Below are positions 1 to 13,300 of a DNA stretch of 64,000 bases, in pieces. Numbering within the stretch: the first letter of the stretch is position 1; the number at the start of each line of letters is the position of its first letter. The position numbers were made by a program, and so were the translations under genes. Location of the stretch: positions 7,700,962 through 7,764,961 of the forward strand of contig NC_134034.1 in NCBI RefSeq assembly GCF_964204645.1. Reading direction: 5' to 3'. The notes under the pieces were generated by a model. The model saw nothing but the letters and a program-made list of their open reading frames with translations. It ran no database searches and had not been told where the DNA came from. This DNA is from Tubulanus polymorphus. Lineage: Eukaryota; Animalia; Nemertea.

Positions 1-220
1 GAGCCATTCAAGAAAAGGATATCATTGGCAAAAACCAAACAGGCTTCATGCCGATATGTAGAATTAGGGATCATCTATTTACATTAAAAAGATTAATCGA
101 TAAAAAACTGTCCGCTATTAAGAATTTGTACACTTGCTTTATAGACCTTAAAAAAGCATTTGACTCGGTTTGGCATGATGGCTTACTTTTTAAACTTAGG
201 AAATTTGACCTGGGGAAATA
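1..220 (+). mobile_element. non-LTR retrotransposon (LINE) reverse transcriptase fragment
   Basis: Translation ...NQTGFMP..RDHLFTLKRLID..YTCFIDLKKAFDSVWHDGLLFKL matches conserved LINE RT motifs (QxGF; FIDLxKAFDSV). Confidence 0.85.
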
Positions 221-299
221 CTTCTCCAACTGCCCAACATTCGAAGTCTTGGCAAGCAAGACCAATTCAGGATTTTGCTTTCTAGTCATCTATTAGCTA

Positions 300-346
300 C
301 ACACACCCACACCCACACCCACACCCACACCCACACCCACACCCCC
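300..346. repeat. (CACACC)n microsatellite
   Basis: Tandem cacacc units are directly visible. Confidence 0.9.
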
Positions 347-639
347 ATTATTTCATAACCAAATTTGAGCACTTATAAACATCAGAATCAAATAATAACC
401 AAGCTGCACCATTTACACCAAGTACAGAATATATGTGCCAATTAACGGTAAAATCTGTCCACACAAACAGCTTAAATCGTGTCATAAAGAAACATCCACA
501 GACAGACAGACAGACATGACGACGATGCCATAGATGGGTTCGTCTTACGACGAAACCCATAGAAAAACTCGAAAATTGCGGCATTTGAGGTGTCCCCCAT
601 CGATGGTTTAAAAAATAACTTTCATACATATCTCAGTTC

Positions 640-890
640 GTCACCTACAACGGCTGCCATTCGACGACCTTACCCATAAAGTATGGTATTCCCCAGGGAC
701 TTATTCTAGGTCCACTGTTCACTATACATTAACGATATTGTAAGAACGTCGAACTTTTTTAATTTCATCTTATTTGCAGATGATACAACTTTATCTTACA
801 GTAAAAAAGATCCCAATATCCTCAAAGCCGTTGTAAACTCGGAACTGAAACTCTTAAGTTAAATGGTTCAAAGCCAACGAATTATTTTTA
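640..890 (+). mobile_element. CR1/L2-like LINE RT fragment (degraded)
   Basis: Manual translation across frameshifts gives YGIPQGLILGP...INDI...FILFADDTTL, the RT GxPQG and [Y/F]ADD motifs. Confidence 0.85.
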
Positions 891-1006
891 AATATATATA
901 AAACTAATTACATTTTTGGTAATTCACCTGTTCCACAAAACTTTGACACCTTCATAGACTCAATTTACTACTCAAAAGACTGGGCTGTAATGAAAAAATA
1001 ACTCAC

Positions 1007-2316
1007 CACTTCTCTTGAATTAACACATTGCAGCTGTAGATGGGAAATACACTCATGAGACAGACCATCATCTCCAGACAAAACCTGGCACTGTTGATGA
1101 AGCAATTCATGTTTTTCCTTAGGCGAAAATTTTGGTGACTGCATTAACAATGGGTGATCATCACTCAGGACACCTACTGTTACTGATTTATCAATGCATT
1201 GAGATTTATCACTATCAGTTTGATTCATATCCTCAATGCATCGACCAGGTAATAACGCTTGGTCCACGTGACTGCCAAGTGAATCAATCTCAGAGACATC
1301 ACTTTCTGCTTCTTCGTCGTAAATGGTTAAATCTTGTTTTCTTTGAAGACAAATTGGACTGACGACTGGAGAGCTTATATTTGTGAATTTAGGTATAACT
1401 GGTGACGAATCTTCTGAGGATCCCAATGACCCATTTAACACCAGACCAGGTATGTTTGATAATTTCGACTGATCAGCACTTTCATTGATCAAACCGCTAC
1501 TCCCAACACAAGAGTTCGTTCCAATCTCATTAATTTCATGCCTTGAAATTGATGCAAAGCTGTGTCTAGGTGGATGTTTGCCCAACCCACTATTCATATG
1601 CGTTGAATGCAAAGCTTGGCTTTCAATGTTACTAATTTTTTCAGTAGTTACACTTACTACTTTCTGTGTATCATAACATATTGGATCATATAATGCAAGC
1701 ACTTCATCTTTAACATCATAAGTCATGTAAGCTGATGAATTTTGATCATTAAAATGCATTAAGTTTGAAGCATCATTATGATGCTCATTTGCAATTGTAT
1801 TTTCATTTCGCTTGTATCGTGTTTCTTGCAAATCAACACTTCCAGCGCTCTTTTCATATGCATCATTTTCATTACCACAATCTGAATCATGTGATTGACT
1901 GAGGAAATGGAGTTCCATCGAATCGGTTGAATCCGTTTTCTTCTGCAGCAAGGGTCGGTTTTCACCAACAACTTTTGCCATTGAAGAATTTGTACTTTGT
2001 TCTGCCCATGTGTATGCTGTTTCATGTAAACTGACACCTTTTGGTAACGAAGGAGATATACGACAGTGAAAAACTTGCTGATGGTTCAAATCACAATAAA
2101 TGGACGGTGGACTCGAATAAGGACGAAAATCACTATAAAGTTCCCAGTTGTTATCATCGATACCCAATTCAGGATTTTGTAAAAACGGCATTGAACTGGA
2201 GCGACTTTGTCCTACGTCAGGCAACATATCAGAGGGTGTTACTATCACGCCTGCATGACGAACACGACCTCCAGGACTTGATTTTGAAACTGGTAATTTC
2301 TGCCATGTATGAGTTA
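1007..2316 (-). CDS. host Kelch-repeat protein, large exon (end of a Kelch blade plus ~420 aa Ser/Asp-rich region)
   Basis: Acceptor tttttatcttgtag| at 2317 and donor |gtgagt at 1006. The phase-1 join with exon 3583-3729 reads WKYNF-VTHTWQKLPVSKSSPGGRVRHAGVIVTPSD and continues into the 426-aa ORF. Confidence 0.85.
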
Positions 2317-3582
2317 CTACAAGATAAAAAGGTGAAAAACATAAATACTAGGTCCAGGACTTTGACAACTCAAGCATATTGTAGTCAGAATAGTTGAAGA
2401 GCGTTCAAGGTAATCAGATAAATCCCCATTTAATCAGTTTCGACTTAAGCAGCAATTCAAGCATGACAACAACAACAGCAAAAAACAAGTGTTTTATTAT
2501 CAGACTAGTACAAATGAATTTGTCCATACACACAGACCCAGTTTGTCCGTTTGACAAATACTAATATCTCAAAAATAATCAACTCTAATTTAAAAAAGGA
2601 TAACTTTTAAAATAAAGATTGAAATGTGTCAACTCATAATTCACTCGAGTTAACTAGTCAATGCATATCACAAAATTGGACAGAACAGTGTGCAAATTAT
2701 TTGCTAGATGGACCGATAACCGGCTTGGAAACTGCAGTTATATATTTATTGGTAGAATGAGATTAGAAAATTGCTTTAACCATGTTCAGATTGCATACCT
2801 TGTAAATCACAAGTAAAAACAATATTTTTACAAGAAATCCATCATGAATACTTCTTTATATCTACTCATTATATCAATATAAACCAACTAAGGACTTAAG
2901 TTCCATCAGACTATTGTGTTCATTTTTCGCCCGTAGACAGAAACCATGCTTTTTGAAAAGTTTTGAAGACGCTTCAATGGGTTGTCTTTATATTTGATTT
3001 ATACATGTATCTACCCTAGACACAACTTCTGGCCCAACCAGAATCAAGATGCCTGGCAGCCATTGTTGTTTGCCAAAATCAGCACTTTTGTTTACATATG
3101 TGTGAAGTTTTGATGAGGCTTCGGAAACTACATCATGGATCGACCTGGGATTTTCAACTGTACAAGATCCATATCACTTTTGTTAAGATGATGTAAATCG
3201 GATGAGAACGTCTAATTTTATCTAGTTCAAAACTTTTGAAGTTCCCTTACAATGAAATATTTCGCCGAACTGAAATTTGCTATTTGCCTACGAACATAAC
3301 GGAGTGCTAGTCTTAAGAGCAGTGCCCAAAAAAACATTTCTAGGCCTATTATAACCAAAAATGAAAGGAACCAATATGTGTCTACAATAGATACATGCAT
3401 AAACCAAATGTCACGATAATCTATTGAGGCGTCTTTAAAATTGCCAAAATAACTGGATTCTGTTTACAGACAAAAAGGGAATGCAATAGCCAGATGTGAC
3501 GTAAGTCCAAAATGTGCTACAAATCGTGATTATTTGAAGACGTATTTTTTAAGCCCATGGAAATAGTTGTAATTTGACATAC

Positions 3583-3729
3583 CAAAATTATACTTCCAAA
3601 CATCACTGTGGAAGCTTCCTGCACATTCTCCTCCAAAAATCAACATCCCATTGTTAACCTGACAAGCAATATGTCCCTGTAACATTGGAGGATTTGGCTT
3701 TGTTTTTACTTTGGTCCATTGCTGTATAT
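3583..3729 (-). CDS. host Kelch-repeat protein exon
   Basis: ctcctag| ... |gtatgt; 147 bp, phase 1-1; DIQQWTKVKTKPNPPMLQGHIACQVNNGMLIFGGECAGSFHSDVWKYNF is one Kelch repeat. Confidence 0.9.
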
Positions 3730-3949
3730 CTAGGAGCATAAAAAGGAAAATATAAGATATCATAAACAAGTAGAGTACTCAAGACTCCTAAGAATGTGAT
3801 TAAGGATTATCTGTGCACCAGGGTTAAATGGTGGTTCGTTCAAAAGTATTGGATCCTTCACTCATTTAATTTTCAAGACTACCTTAAATACATAGTTCAG
3901 ATGTGGTATGTGAGCTTAGGAAAAGAGAGCTATGGACAGGTACCTCAAT

Positions 3950-4682
3950 AATGAATTTTCTAAATTGCTCATTATGACGAAATATATTGAGTTTGACTCT
4001 CCAGCAAATACATTGTGGGCATTTTTTTCTATCATATCTTGGCAATAGATCTTCATTAAGTTCTTGGTATTTTCTTACGTTTTCTTTATATTTTATTGTT
4101 CTATTATGTAGATTTGAATTACTTGTTGTAATAATCAATTCACAATATTTGCAATAATGTGTTTTTCTTACTAATTCATTATATTGTTTATCAAACTTTT
4201 CAAGTGTTTCTTTATTATCTGGTAACGTTTTCTCGTATTTTATTTTTTTCTAATATATTATTTTTTCTTTCATTAAATTCTGCTTCAAATTTATTAGAAA
4301 TTTCATCTATATGTGCTATACGAAATTGATGATTCTCCCAATCTTCTATATTTTCAGGGCTATATTTTATTCGACAAGGCTCACAGAAATGATCTTTTAT
4401 ATTATTCTTATCATAGAATAAGAAAGGTCTTTTCCAAATAATTTCAGGTTCAGTTTCAACAGAATTATTATAACTTTCGTTACTATCAACATTAACCGTT
4501 GAATCATTAATTTTACACTTCTCTGAATGTTTTTTAACATAATTCCTTGAGAATAATTTATTACAATTTGGGCAGTTTATTTTAGGGGGTTTATAATTTT
4601 TATCATGTTTTTTCATATGTCGAGCCATATTACTTTTTCTTTGAAGTTCACCACAAATTTCACATTCTATCTTCGCATCCAT
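3950..4682 (-). pseudogene. viral multi-zinc-finger protein (frameshifted)
   Basis: CEICG..RHMKKH, CPNCNK..KHSEKC and CEPCR..H..H in ORF 4215-4682; further CKYCE and CPQCI motifs after a frameshift; start lies in TAAATAAATG. Confidence 0.7.
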
Positions 4683-4747
4683 TTATTTAGGAAAAATTTT
4701 ATTAAAATTGATTTTTAATGGTTCGAGGTAATTTTTTTGTGTTATAG

Positions 4748-5283
4748 ATTGAATTAAAAGAATATAGAATATTTGTTGATTCTAGAAAACTTACAAATTA
4801 TAAATCACATAAAAGAGCTCGCTTAAAAATGGGAGGGTCTGTTGGATTTGGAATTAAAATTTTTTTAAAGTGATTTCAATAATAAAGTAAGAATAATGTT
4901 AGCTAATGATGAACAGCAATTTATGGTTAAAAAACCTATAGCTAAACTGCTAGGAATTAACCCAGATGTAAGGATACGTAATGCCGAAGCTACACCAACT
5001 TAATGCCTTTTACACACTTTTATAATTATTGCAACTTAATTGACCCTGTAAAAACTTTTGAAGCAACTAAAGATACAATTTGTATAATTCTAGTATATTA
5101 AATATTTTACCATTAAAAAATGTTAAACAATTTGGAACACAAATAAATTTTAATTCAGCTGAATGTGATTTTAAACATTGTATTCCTCAATTTAACAATT
5201 TTAAATTAGAAATCATAATGGATACTTAATTGATTTGAATAACTTTTCTGTAATTTATGAATTAGTTGTAAGATGTAGAGTAA
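4748..5283 (+). pseudogene. putative minor capsid (penton-like) protein remnant
   Basis: Manual translation ELKEYRIFVDSR ... FYNYCNLID ... ILNILPL ... FNNFKLEI..NGYLIDLNNFSVIYELVV resembles recalled Polinton/PLV minor capsid motifs; several frameshifts; start decayed (TATAGATT). Confidence 0.55.
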
Positions 5284-5299
5284 TTTTTCCACTATATAA

Positions 5300-5608
5300 A
5301 TGAATATAACAGTAGGACCGAGTATATGTTTTGGATTTGATTTTAAACGTGAGAAAGAAATGAAATTTTACATTAATGATGTAATAACACATATTAAAAA
5401 TATTACATTTATCAATGAAACAACATTTGAATATGGAACAACAATAGATAAAGAAACTTTTATTATTAATAATTAGATTTTATTATTAATGATATTAAAG
5501 AAATAATAACTGAAATATATGAAAATGAAACTGATAATATTATAAATGTTGAAATAATTATAACTAAGTTAACTAAATATTTTGAAGATAGTAATTTTTT
5601 TTCTAAAT
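5300..5608 (+). pseudogene. viral hypothetical protein
   Basis: TATATAAATG start; MNITVGPSICFGFDFKREKEMKFYIND...; frameshifted. Confidence 0.45.
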
Positions 5609-5610
5609 AA

Positions 5611-5855
5611 ATGGCGGATCAGAAGGGGATAATAACTGGTTTGAATAATGGAGCATTATTATCAGTGGGAACTGTTGGTTATACAATGGTATTAAAAAAG
5701 TATTTAGAATGGGAAGTATAAATGTTGATAAATTTGATATCAATGATATTCCAAAATTAACATTAGCAGCAACTTTATCTAATTTAACAATTGGTTATTT
5801 AGAAAAAAAAAAAATATATTCCTCCAATATACATACATACTTTTTTTACTAAATA
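5611..5855 (+). pseudogene. viral small hydrophobic protein
   Basis: TAAATAAATG start; MADQKGIITGLNNGALLSVGTVGYTMVLKK / KFDINDIPKLTLAATLSNLTIGYLEKKKI, with a frameshift. Confidence 0.6.
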
Positions 5856-6147
5856 AATGGCATCTGCAGTTATAACTATTATAGGGTCAGCAATTGTTAA
5901 CGCTTTAGCATTTACTGGTGGTGGTTATTTATTTAAGCACATTGATAAAAATAGTTCATTAGCAGAACAAAGAAGACATAACATAGCATTAGAGAAATAC
6001 AATAAAGCAGCAGAAGAATATAGAGAAAAGAGACAAAACTATATGGATTACATCAATAAAGAATTATATAATCAGAAAATTACACAAAGAGATTTTCAAT
6101 CAGTTGATGAAGCTATGAGTTTATATAACGCAGTAACAAATAAAGAA

Positions 6148-8240
6148 ATATAGCTGCAAAGCAGCGATAAAGGGTTTTCTGCACAGTCTTAGAATCCTGT
6201 TCAACGGTGGATTTCAACAGAGCATTTGATAAGGCTCAACATCAGCCATTACTAAACAGGCTTTTAGGAAACAGTATCAATGATAGGTCGCCCAAATGGC
6301 TCAGCAGTTATCTCTGAACGGAAACTTGTAACCGAAATCAACGGAACGCCTCATCTTGGAATGAGACGGTCTAACTAGTGGAGTCACGCAAGGTAGTATC
6401 CTAAGTCGTCTTCTGTTTAATGTCCTGACAAATGACGTACACAGTAATCCAAAATATACCTGACCGAGTAAATTTCCAAAACAAACTTAACACGCTGTTC
6501 GACCAAAAACTTAATGTTCCGACAAGAAAATCGTGTTCGAGTGAAAACAATTCAGTTTGGTTGAACAATACGCCTTTTTTGAACCAAAACTTTCTTCATT
6601 CTGACAAAAAATGTTTTCGAATGAAAAGCTATGTAATTGTTGAAATGAAAAACTTTTTGTCCCGGCAAAAAAATTTGGTTGAGCAAAACAATTTTTTCGA
6701 CCGAATGTTTGAATGAAAATAATTCTGTTCGATTGAACGAAATACTTAATACTTTTGGTTCAGAGAAAAATTTTTAAAAATATACTTGTTCGAACGAAAT
6801 ACTGAATGTTCTGAAAAGAAAATTCAGTTCAAATTAAAACCATTCTGTTCGATCGAACGATTGTTTGAACGAAAAACTTTTCGTTTGGAAAAAAAAGTTT
6901 GTTCAACTTTGTTCTATTTTTGCCAATAAAATAGATAATTGTGATTGATCATTGCAAGTCAGAACCAGTTAATCACTAATTAACATGCATTTTAATAAAT
7001 CTGGTTCCTCCTATACAGTGAACTTAGCTTAGCTATGTAAGCCTATGTTTATGCGTAGGCCTAACATCCGGACTGATTTGTCGTAGGCCTATTGAATAAC
7101 AACCCTCCTAAATATCGTAAATTTTGTTTTGAAGTTCAATCCAATGAGTCCGTTAATAAACGCAACATTTATACAGTGTTTGTTTGAGACAGTAAATTAC
7201 AGTACCGGTAGGCCTAAAGCCTTAAGGTCGCGTAAAACTCGATAAACACTTCAAGCGACACAGCGAACGATCTCCTTTCCCCCACAGTGAACGCTTACTC
7301 CGAATGTCAAGTGTGAGTCCAACATACGGATAAGAGTGTTTTATATACTTGTATTTAGTAAATACCTTGTGCATTTGACAATGATCGGTATGTACTGTAG
7401 GAAATATAGAGAATTGATGGTATTGATATAGAGGTTGAAGCCCGCGGCCGAATAAAGTAATATATTCTTTTATTTTGATACCTCGTCGACATAACAGCTT
7501 TTCTCCGCTATATCTCTTCGGCGTGTTTAGTTTAGGCCTACGACTCCCCGGTACACTAAAGATTTATCTTAGTAAATACACGGTTAATTTGGTAAAGAAA
7601 AATAGGTATTATTAAACTAACTCCTTGAAACCCGCAGCCAAATCACTGGTAGTAACAAATTAATTTGTACTCGATTTGATTCTCATGATGAGGAGAAACT
7701 CGCAGCTGATCCCCGGAACGACGATGTAGTGACACATGTCGATTCGTCGATGTTTACGGCTCGAAAGTGCTTTTAAAATCTAAAGTAGTATATTTCCAGT
7801 GTATCGGTAATATGATTTGATGAGGAAATTGGGCTATTGTTAAAATTAGTTTTTTAATAACCGCGACAGAATGTGCAATCTTTCGGTAATAAATTTGTTA
7901 ATTTATGCTTGAATTGATAATCGACGTGACAAGAAACGTGCGGTTGATTTCAGAAAGACGACTTAGAAAAACATGTCGGCTCTTTGAATGGGGCTCAATT
8001 TTCGATGTTTACGGCCCGACAGTGCTTTTGTAACGTTGATTCTTCAAAATTCGCACGGAGTATTTGTAGATTGAAGTGAGCTGAATGATATCAGACGGAT
8101 TGTATCGGCAACAGCGGTAATGTAAAAAAGCCTATGTACTTTTGACAAAAAAAGTGTGGAAAAAAATAATAATAATAATAATAATAATAAGAAACACGCG
8201 AATCTCAATAGGGTTTTCTGTGATGTAACAGAAAACCCTA
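6148..8240 (+). mobile_element. non-autonomous Helentron-associated (HINE/DINE-1-like) element
   Basis: Starts atagctgcaaagcagcgataa-agggttttctg; ends with (aat)n then the hairpin agggttttctg-tgatgtaa-cagaaaaccct. The same termini occur inverted at 15477-16380, and a similar start occurs at 49231. Confidence 0.6.
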
Positions 8241-9752
8241 ACAAGAGGCCCATGGGCCTTGAAGCATTGGTAGATTATACTGTGGTATTAAGTGGTTATA
8301 ATGTTTTACATCTGCCGGCAAATCTTTTATGACGATGTTGATTGGGAGGACCACAGACTTAAAGGTCTATCTGTCTAGTACGATTTTATTCCTGAAAATG
8401 AATTTATTTTCTGCCGAACGATTTAGCCTAGGCTATTTGTACTGTTAAACCTCATTAATGCGATTCTGTTAAAAAGACGAAACTAGTTTATTCTGATGTT
8501 TTCCATCATGTCCCAGCCAAGATATTTATATCAATCAAGATTTGGATACAAAAACCCATTTTTATGCATGAACTGTTAGGCCGCACTGAATAATGAAAAC
8601 AAAAACAGAACGATTTTTCTGAATGCAATTGCAAGACCCTCTGATCTTAGAGATCCAAGCTCTGATGCATGTACGCATGCAAAACGTCGAAGAGAGCGAT
8701 GCCGGCGTTGGTGTCACTGAGGCCGGCTGATGATTGTTTGTTTGTCTTTTTGTTTGTTTGGCTTTACGTACGTCGTTTGGATCTTGGTTTCCCAAGACTA
8801 TTCCTATTGGATTGTTCATTTAACCTCACGACGGTACAGCCTTTGAAGTGTTGCCCTCACACTGTTCGCAGCCAGCAGGACTCGAACCCACTTGTCACTC
8901 AGCATTGATAGTGGATTCAACAGCATCACACCTTATCTCACTGAGCTACCGAGGCCGCTCAAATCAATTCCAAAAAACTACAGCGGCGGCAAATAACCAT
9001 TGCAATATTGCAATTTACGACAAACAACGCGTAAATTCAATCACTGTTGTTTAACGCATGGAAAAGATAATAAAAGGAATTTTTTCCCGGCGCGCATTAC
9101 AAGCGAATCTCTGCCGAGTGCGTAAGAGGGTGCTACCGCCTTATGAGTGCGCAGCAGGCGGGTAGGGCGTCCTACAGTGAAAACTTATATTAGAATATAG
9201 CCGAATCGAATTTTACGATGTCCGTCAACTGATTGATGATACAACATGGTTGTTCTCGGCGTACTTAACAATGATATTTTCCTCCAATAAACAACTCTGG
9301 TAAAATTGAATAAAATGATCTATCTTTATTGGTGATATCGTATCATGGTGGTAGCCTACCGTTTACCGTTTGATGTTTCGTGTCATCACGAAATGGTTTT
9401 AACTTTAGTAAAGGCGTTCCCGCACGATCACATACGGGTTTCAGTCACGAGTAGGCCTCCGTTCCACTGCTCTAGAAATACGTATTCTGACGCTGAGAAT
9501 TAATCCCAAATAATCCCATGGATACTGATAGTTGGAATAACAGTGATATCCAAACACTGTAATATTTATAAACCGGAGGTACATAATTTTATGTTTTTTG
9601 TAATTTTCAGCTGTTTCTAATGTTTTACGTGAACGGAGTGACAATTTGAAGTTACTATGAAAATGAGAAGAGTCGGCGCTATTTTTTCGTACTAGTATTT
9701 TCGATCCATTTTACTAGCATTGGCATGTCGACCAAAAAATGTTAAAAAAGCT
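8241..9752 (+). mobile_element. second HINE-like element abutting the first
   Basis: Begins aacaagaggcccatgggcc, the same start type as 10557 and 20317; ends aagctaaaa where the viral ORF resumes. Confidence 0.45.
8580..8957 (-). mobile_element. tRNA-derived SINE
   Basis: Minus strand ggcctcggTAGCTCAGTGAGataagg...GGGTTCGAGTCCtgc gives Pol III A and B boxes without a complete tRNA cloverleaf; 3' extent uncertain. Confidence 0.6.
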
Positions 9753-9905
9753 AAAAATTACATCTATACAAACCTAAATTATCAGATTATTATACCCCAA
9801 GTAAAGAACAACAGAAATATGAAATAATTTGGATTTTAGGTGGAACAGTTATTGTATTATTTGTTGCTCATAAATTTACTAATTAGTAATTTCATTTCTA
9901 AATAA

Positions 9906-10335
9906 ATGGATGATAAAGTTGATAATGTTGAAATTATTCCTCATGATATAAATAAAACTAAATTAAATTTATATTTGGAAAAACAAATATTAGAATTTGA
10001 AAATGATTTAAAAATTAAAAAAAGAAAAAATATTTAAAAAGTAAAATTATATATTATTTTATTATTTGTAGTTCAGTTACAATTAGTTCTGTAATAACAT
10101 TTCTAGCATTATTCTCACCATTAACACCTTTAGCTATCTCAATTGGAGCTTTAGGTTTAAGTTCAAGTGTATTAACCGGCATAAGTTCAATATAAAAAGT
10201 TATAAAGAAAAATTAAAATCTAATATAAAAGAAATTAATAAATTAAAAAATACATTAGATTATATAATAAGTTTAAATGGTAATATAACAGTTGAAGAAC
10301 AAGATAAATTATAAAAAGAATTAATAAATTATTAA
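9906..10335 (+). pseudogene. viral two-transmembrane protein
   Basis: TAAATAAATG start; ...IIYYFIICSSVTISSVITFLALFSPLTPLAISIGALGLSSSVLTGISS... flanked by charged helices; frameshifted. Confidence 0.6.
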
Positions 10336-10351
10336 TTTTTTTATTATATAA

Positions 10352-13300
10352 ATGGTAGATAGTTTTCCAAAAGCTTTTCAATATAAATATAATATTCCAG
10401 CAATAGATTTTAATAAAGATATTTCATATAAAAATGAAGTTTTAAATTCATTAATTAATTTAGATATTTATGTTACTGAAACTAATAATTTTAATGCAAA
10501 GATGGAAAATATATTTCATGTATATCTAATTAATTTAAAAAAAAATTAAAGATGAACAAGAGCCCCAAGGGGCACAATGGCCAGCCTGTCAGATTTGCTT
10601 TTTATAAATGATGTAATCTGTGGGTTATATTTATCAATATACACTCCCTGCTCAATATCATTTACATAGTAAAATCGTGTGTTAACACTGACAGCAGGAA
10701 CGAATGTAATATAGAAATACGAAGTTATTGTATTGTTCAACGCCCCCTGGTGGCCATATACAAAAACCAATGAGCTTGAAACTCACCAAGATCATAGACC
10801 ATGTCATGAGCTACAACTTTCCAATTGATTGTGGTAGCAAAATATGCATAGGTACGAATGTAATATAGAAATACTAAGTTATTGTATTGTTCAACGCCCC
10901 CTGGTGGCCATAAACAAAAACCAATGAGCTTGAAACTCACCTCGATCATAGAACGTCATGAGCTACAACTTTCCAATTGATTATAGTAGCAAAATATGCT
11001 TAAGTATCAATTATGATGTGGAAAAACTTTTTTCCACCTACGAATGAGTACTGATGACTCCAAGATGGCCGCCAAGTGCGTCGTAATTGCCTGGTCAAAA
11101 ATACCCTCTCGGATATAAAAGATCCCTTTCCAAAGAATACCCATTACAAATTGCAATGAAACATGGCACACCATTAGAAAGCTACAGTACTCAGAATTCA
11201 GGCCAAAATTGACATTTTTGGGAACAAAAAAGGTCACAGTACGGCCATCTTGAGTCCGATCGACCCAATTTTTCTCATGCCGATGGGCCCACGGGGGAAA
11301 CAAATATATACGAATTATCAAGGTTATTGATAAAAGTGTCTTCAAAATTTCCCTCGAAAACTTCAAAAATGTGTAAAAAGTGCTGATTTTGGCGAACAAC
11401 AATGGCTGCCAGTCGGCCATCTTGAATCTGACAGGGCCAGTTTTTGGCCTGAAGATGTGTCTAGGGTAGATACACGTATAAACCAAATATCAAGACATTA
11501 CCTTGAAGCCTCTTCAAAACTTTAGAACTCTCACCAACTACCTAGATGGTTATCTCTCGACCTCAATAGCTTCAAGACCCATCTCAAAACAACTTTGTTC
11601 CATGCAGCATACCATTAACTCTCGGAAAGCGAATTGTATTTAACACTTTTTTGGCAGAATAAAATTTGATTGAATTTGCAATATGGGCACATGGCTAATT
11701 AGCATATCAAGGTCATACACCCGATTTGGTAAAACCATTTTTTTCGCGAACCTTGCGCAATTGTCAAGGATGAATTTTCTGTAGAGCAAATAAAAATTCC
11801 TCCCAAACACCAAATCAACTAAAGATTTCATAGAAATCGATCTTGAAATACAATTTTAAATCTTAAAATAAAACCCGGAAGTAAAACAGTAGACGATACC
11901 GCGGGTTCACGTGAACACCTGATTTCTGTAAACGAAATGTTGGTTGTGACAAAATTGTTCAGACGGTTTTAGGTGGTAATAAGTACGGAAACGTAACAAC
12001 CATGGTCGACTTATTCGATGAAATCAGGCCTATGTGATATCCAAATTTTGACTTTTTTATTCTCCAGACCTCCCTGATATAGAAATAAAAAATTTTGGTG
12101 GTACGAAAGTGCAATCACAGCGCCGACGGGGACAGAGCCGTGTCAGAGATCGGCGGAATGAAAATTGAGGTGGACGAACACGAAGAAGTAGGCTATTGCG
12201 CTACTTGAATCACGAAAACTCCTGGCGCGGCCCCGACGCTTTTCGTGGATTAAGTAATACAAATATCATGCAATGGGTTTTCACAATCTACCGCTGGTAT
12301 TTACCGGATTTCAATATCACTCCAAAATGAAATATCGAACCGGAACACTTCCGGTAGATATCCGCGGCTGCCCAACCGGGAAACTTATTTGTTTCAATAG
12401 ATATTGATAGGATCCATCATCTTCACGCGTCAAGGGATTCGAACCCACTAAGCTAAAGCCATGCCAGAATCGGGTCGGGCCAATCACAGCGCTTGTAACA
12501 AACCACATTAGGCTTCTGTGGAATTTCCCAGTAAATGGGCCAATCAGCGAACACGTAGCGAATGCGGAAGTATTGTCGCGTGTTGATACATGACGTCATG
12601 CGCAAAAGCGCCAGTAATGAAATCGCGATAATTCACGTGAACAGCTGCTGATATTTTCAGATAAACCAATCACAGGGAAGGCACAACTTCCTGATTGGCT
12701 GATAAAAATTGAAATTTTCCCGATTTAACTTTCGTGAAAAATGCAGAAAACATTTTTATGAGACCCTATTTCAAAATTCTGCTCGCTACGATTCCGAGAA
12801 TGGATTACGCTTAAATACGTGATTTGTTCGAATATGCCCTCACTTGGCAAGCAAAAGAGCCTTTTGTGTGGAAACCATGTCATTTAAATTCGCTCCATTT
12901 GTATAGTAATAGGCCCAGCCTACGGCTGGCCTAAAAACAATGGTTATTGAAATCTAATATGAAGTATTGGCAGAACCAATTAAATTTTGCAGTTTATTGT
13001 GCAACAACAGGATGTGGAATTAGTTGGAATGATCATTTAAATAATTCTAAATATAAATTAATTCAAAGTTTATTTAGATTCCATACTTATTTTCAAATAA
13101 GATTAATATTAAATGAATTAGAGACCCCTTTACCAGTATCTAGATATTTTAAAGAATTAGATAATAATATTAATTGATCAAAGTTTTATAAAATTTGTAA
13201 TGAATTTAATATAGATATAAATCATTCTGATTTTAGAACAAAACTTGGAACGATAAGATCACTTCCTTTCCCTAAACAAATTGCAGAATATTGCACACTT

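Larger units (their letters stand above)
5857..9886 (+). pseudogene. viral membrane protein (hydrophobic N-terminus, coiled coil, C-terminal TM), split by an insertion at ~6148-9752
   Basis: MASAVITIIGSAIVNALAFTGGGYLF...SLYNAVTNK resumes after the insert as KLHLYKPKLSDYYTPSKEQQKYEIIWILGGTVIVLFVAHKFTN*. Confidence 0.75.

Noticed and set aside
8866-8957. Functional tRNA gene
   Set aside because: A and B boxes are present but there is no coherent cloverleaf; it is embedded in repeats and better explained as a SINE head.
11007-11486. 159-aa ORF and other short ORF-track calls in repeats or antisense to real genes
   Set aside because: They lie in multi-copy non-coding repeats or are shadow frames, with no protein motifs.
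12430-12510. B-box-like gggttcgaatccc on the - strand
   Set aside because: No matching A box or tRNA fold.
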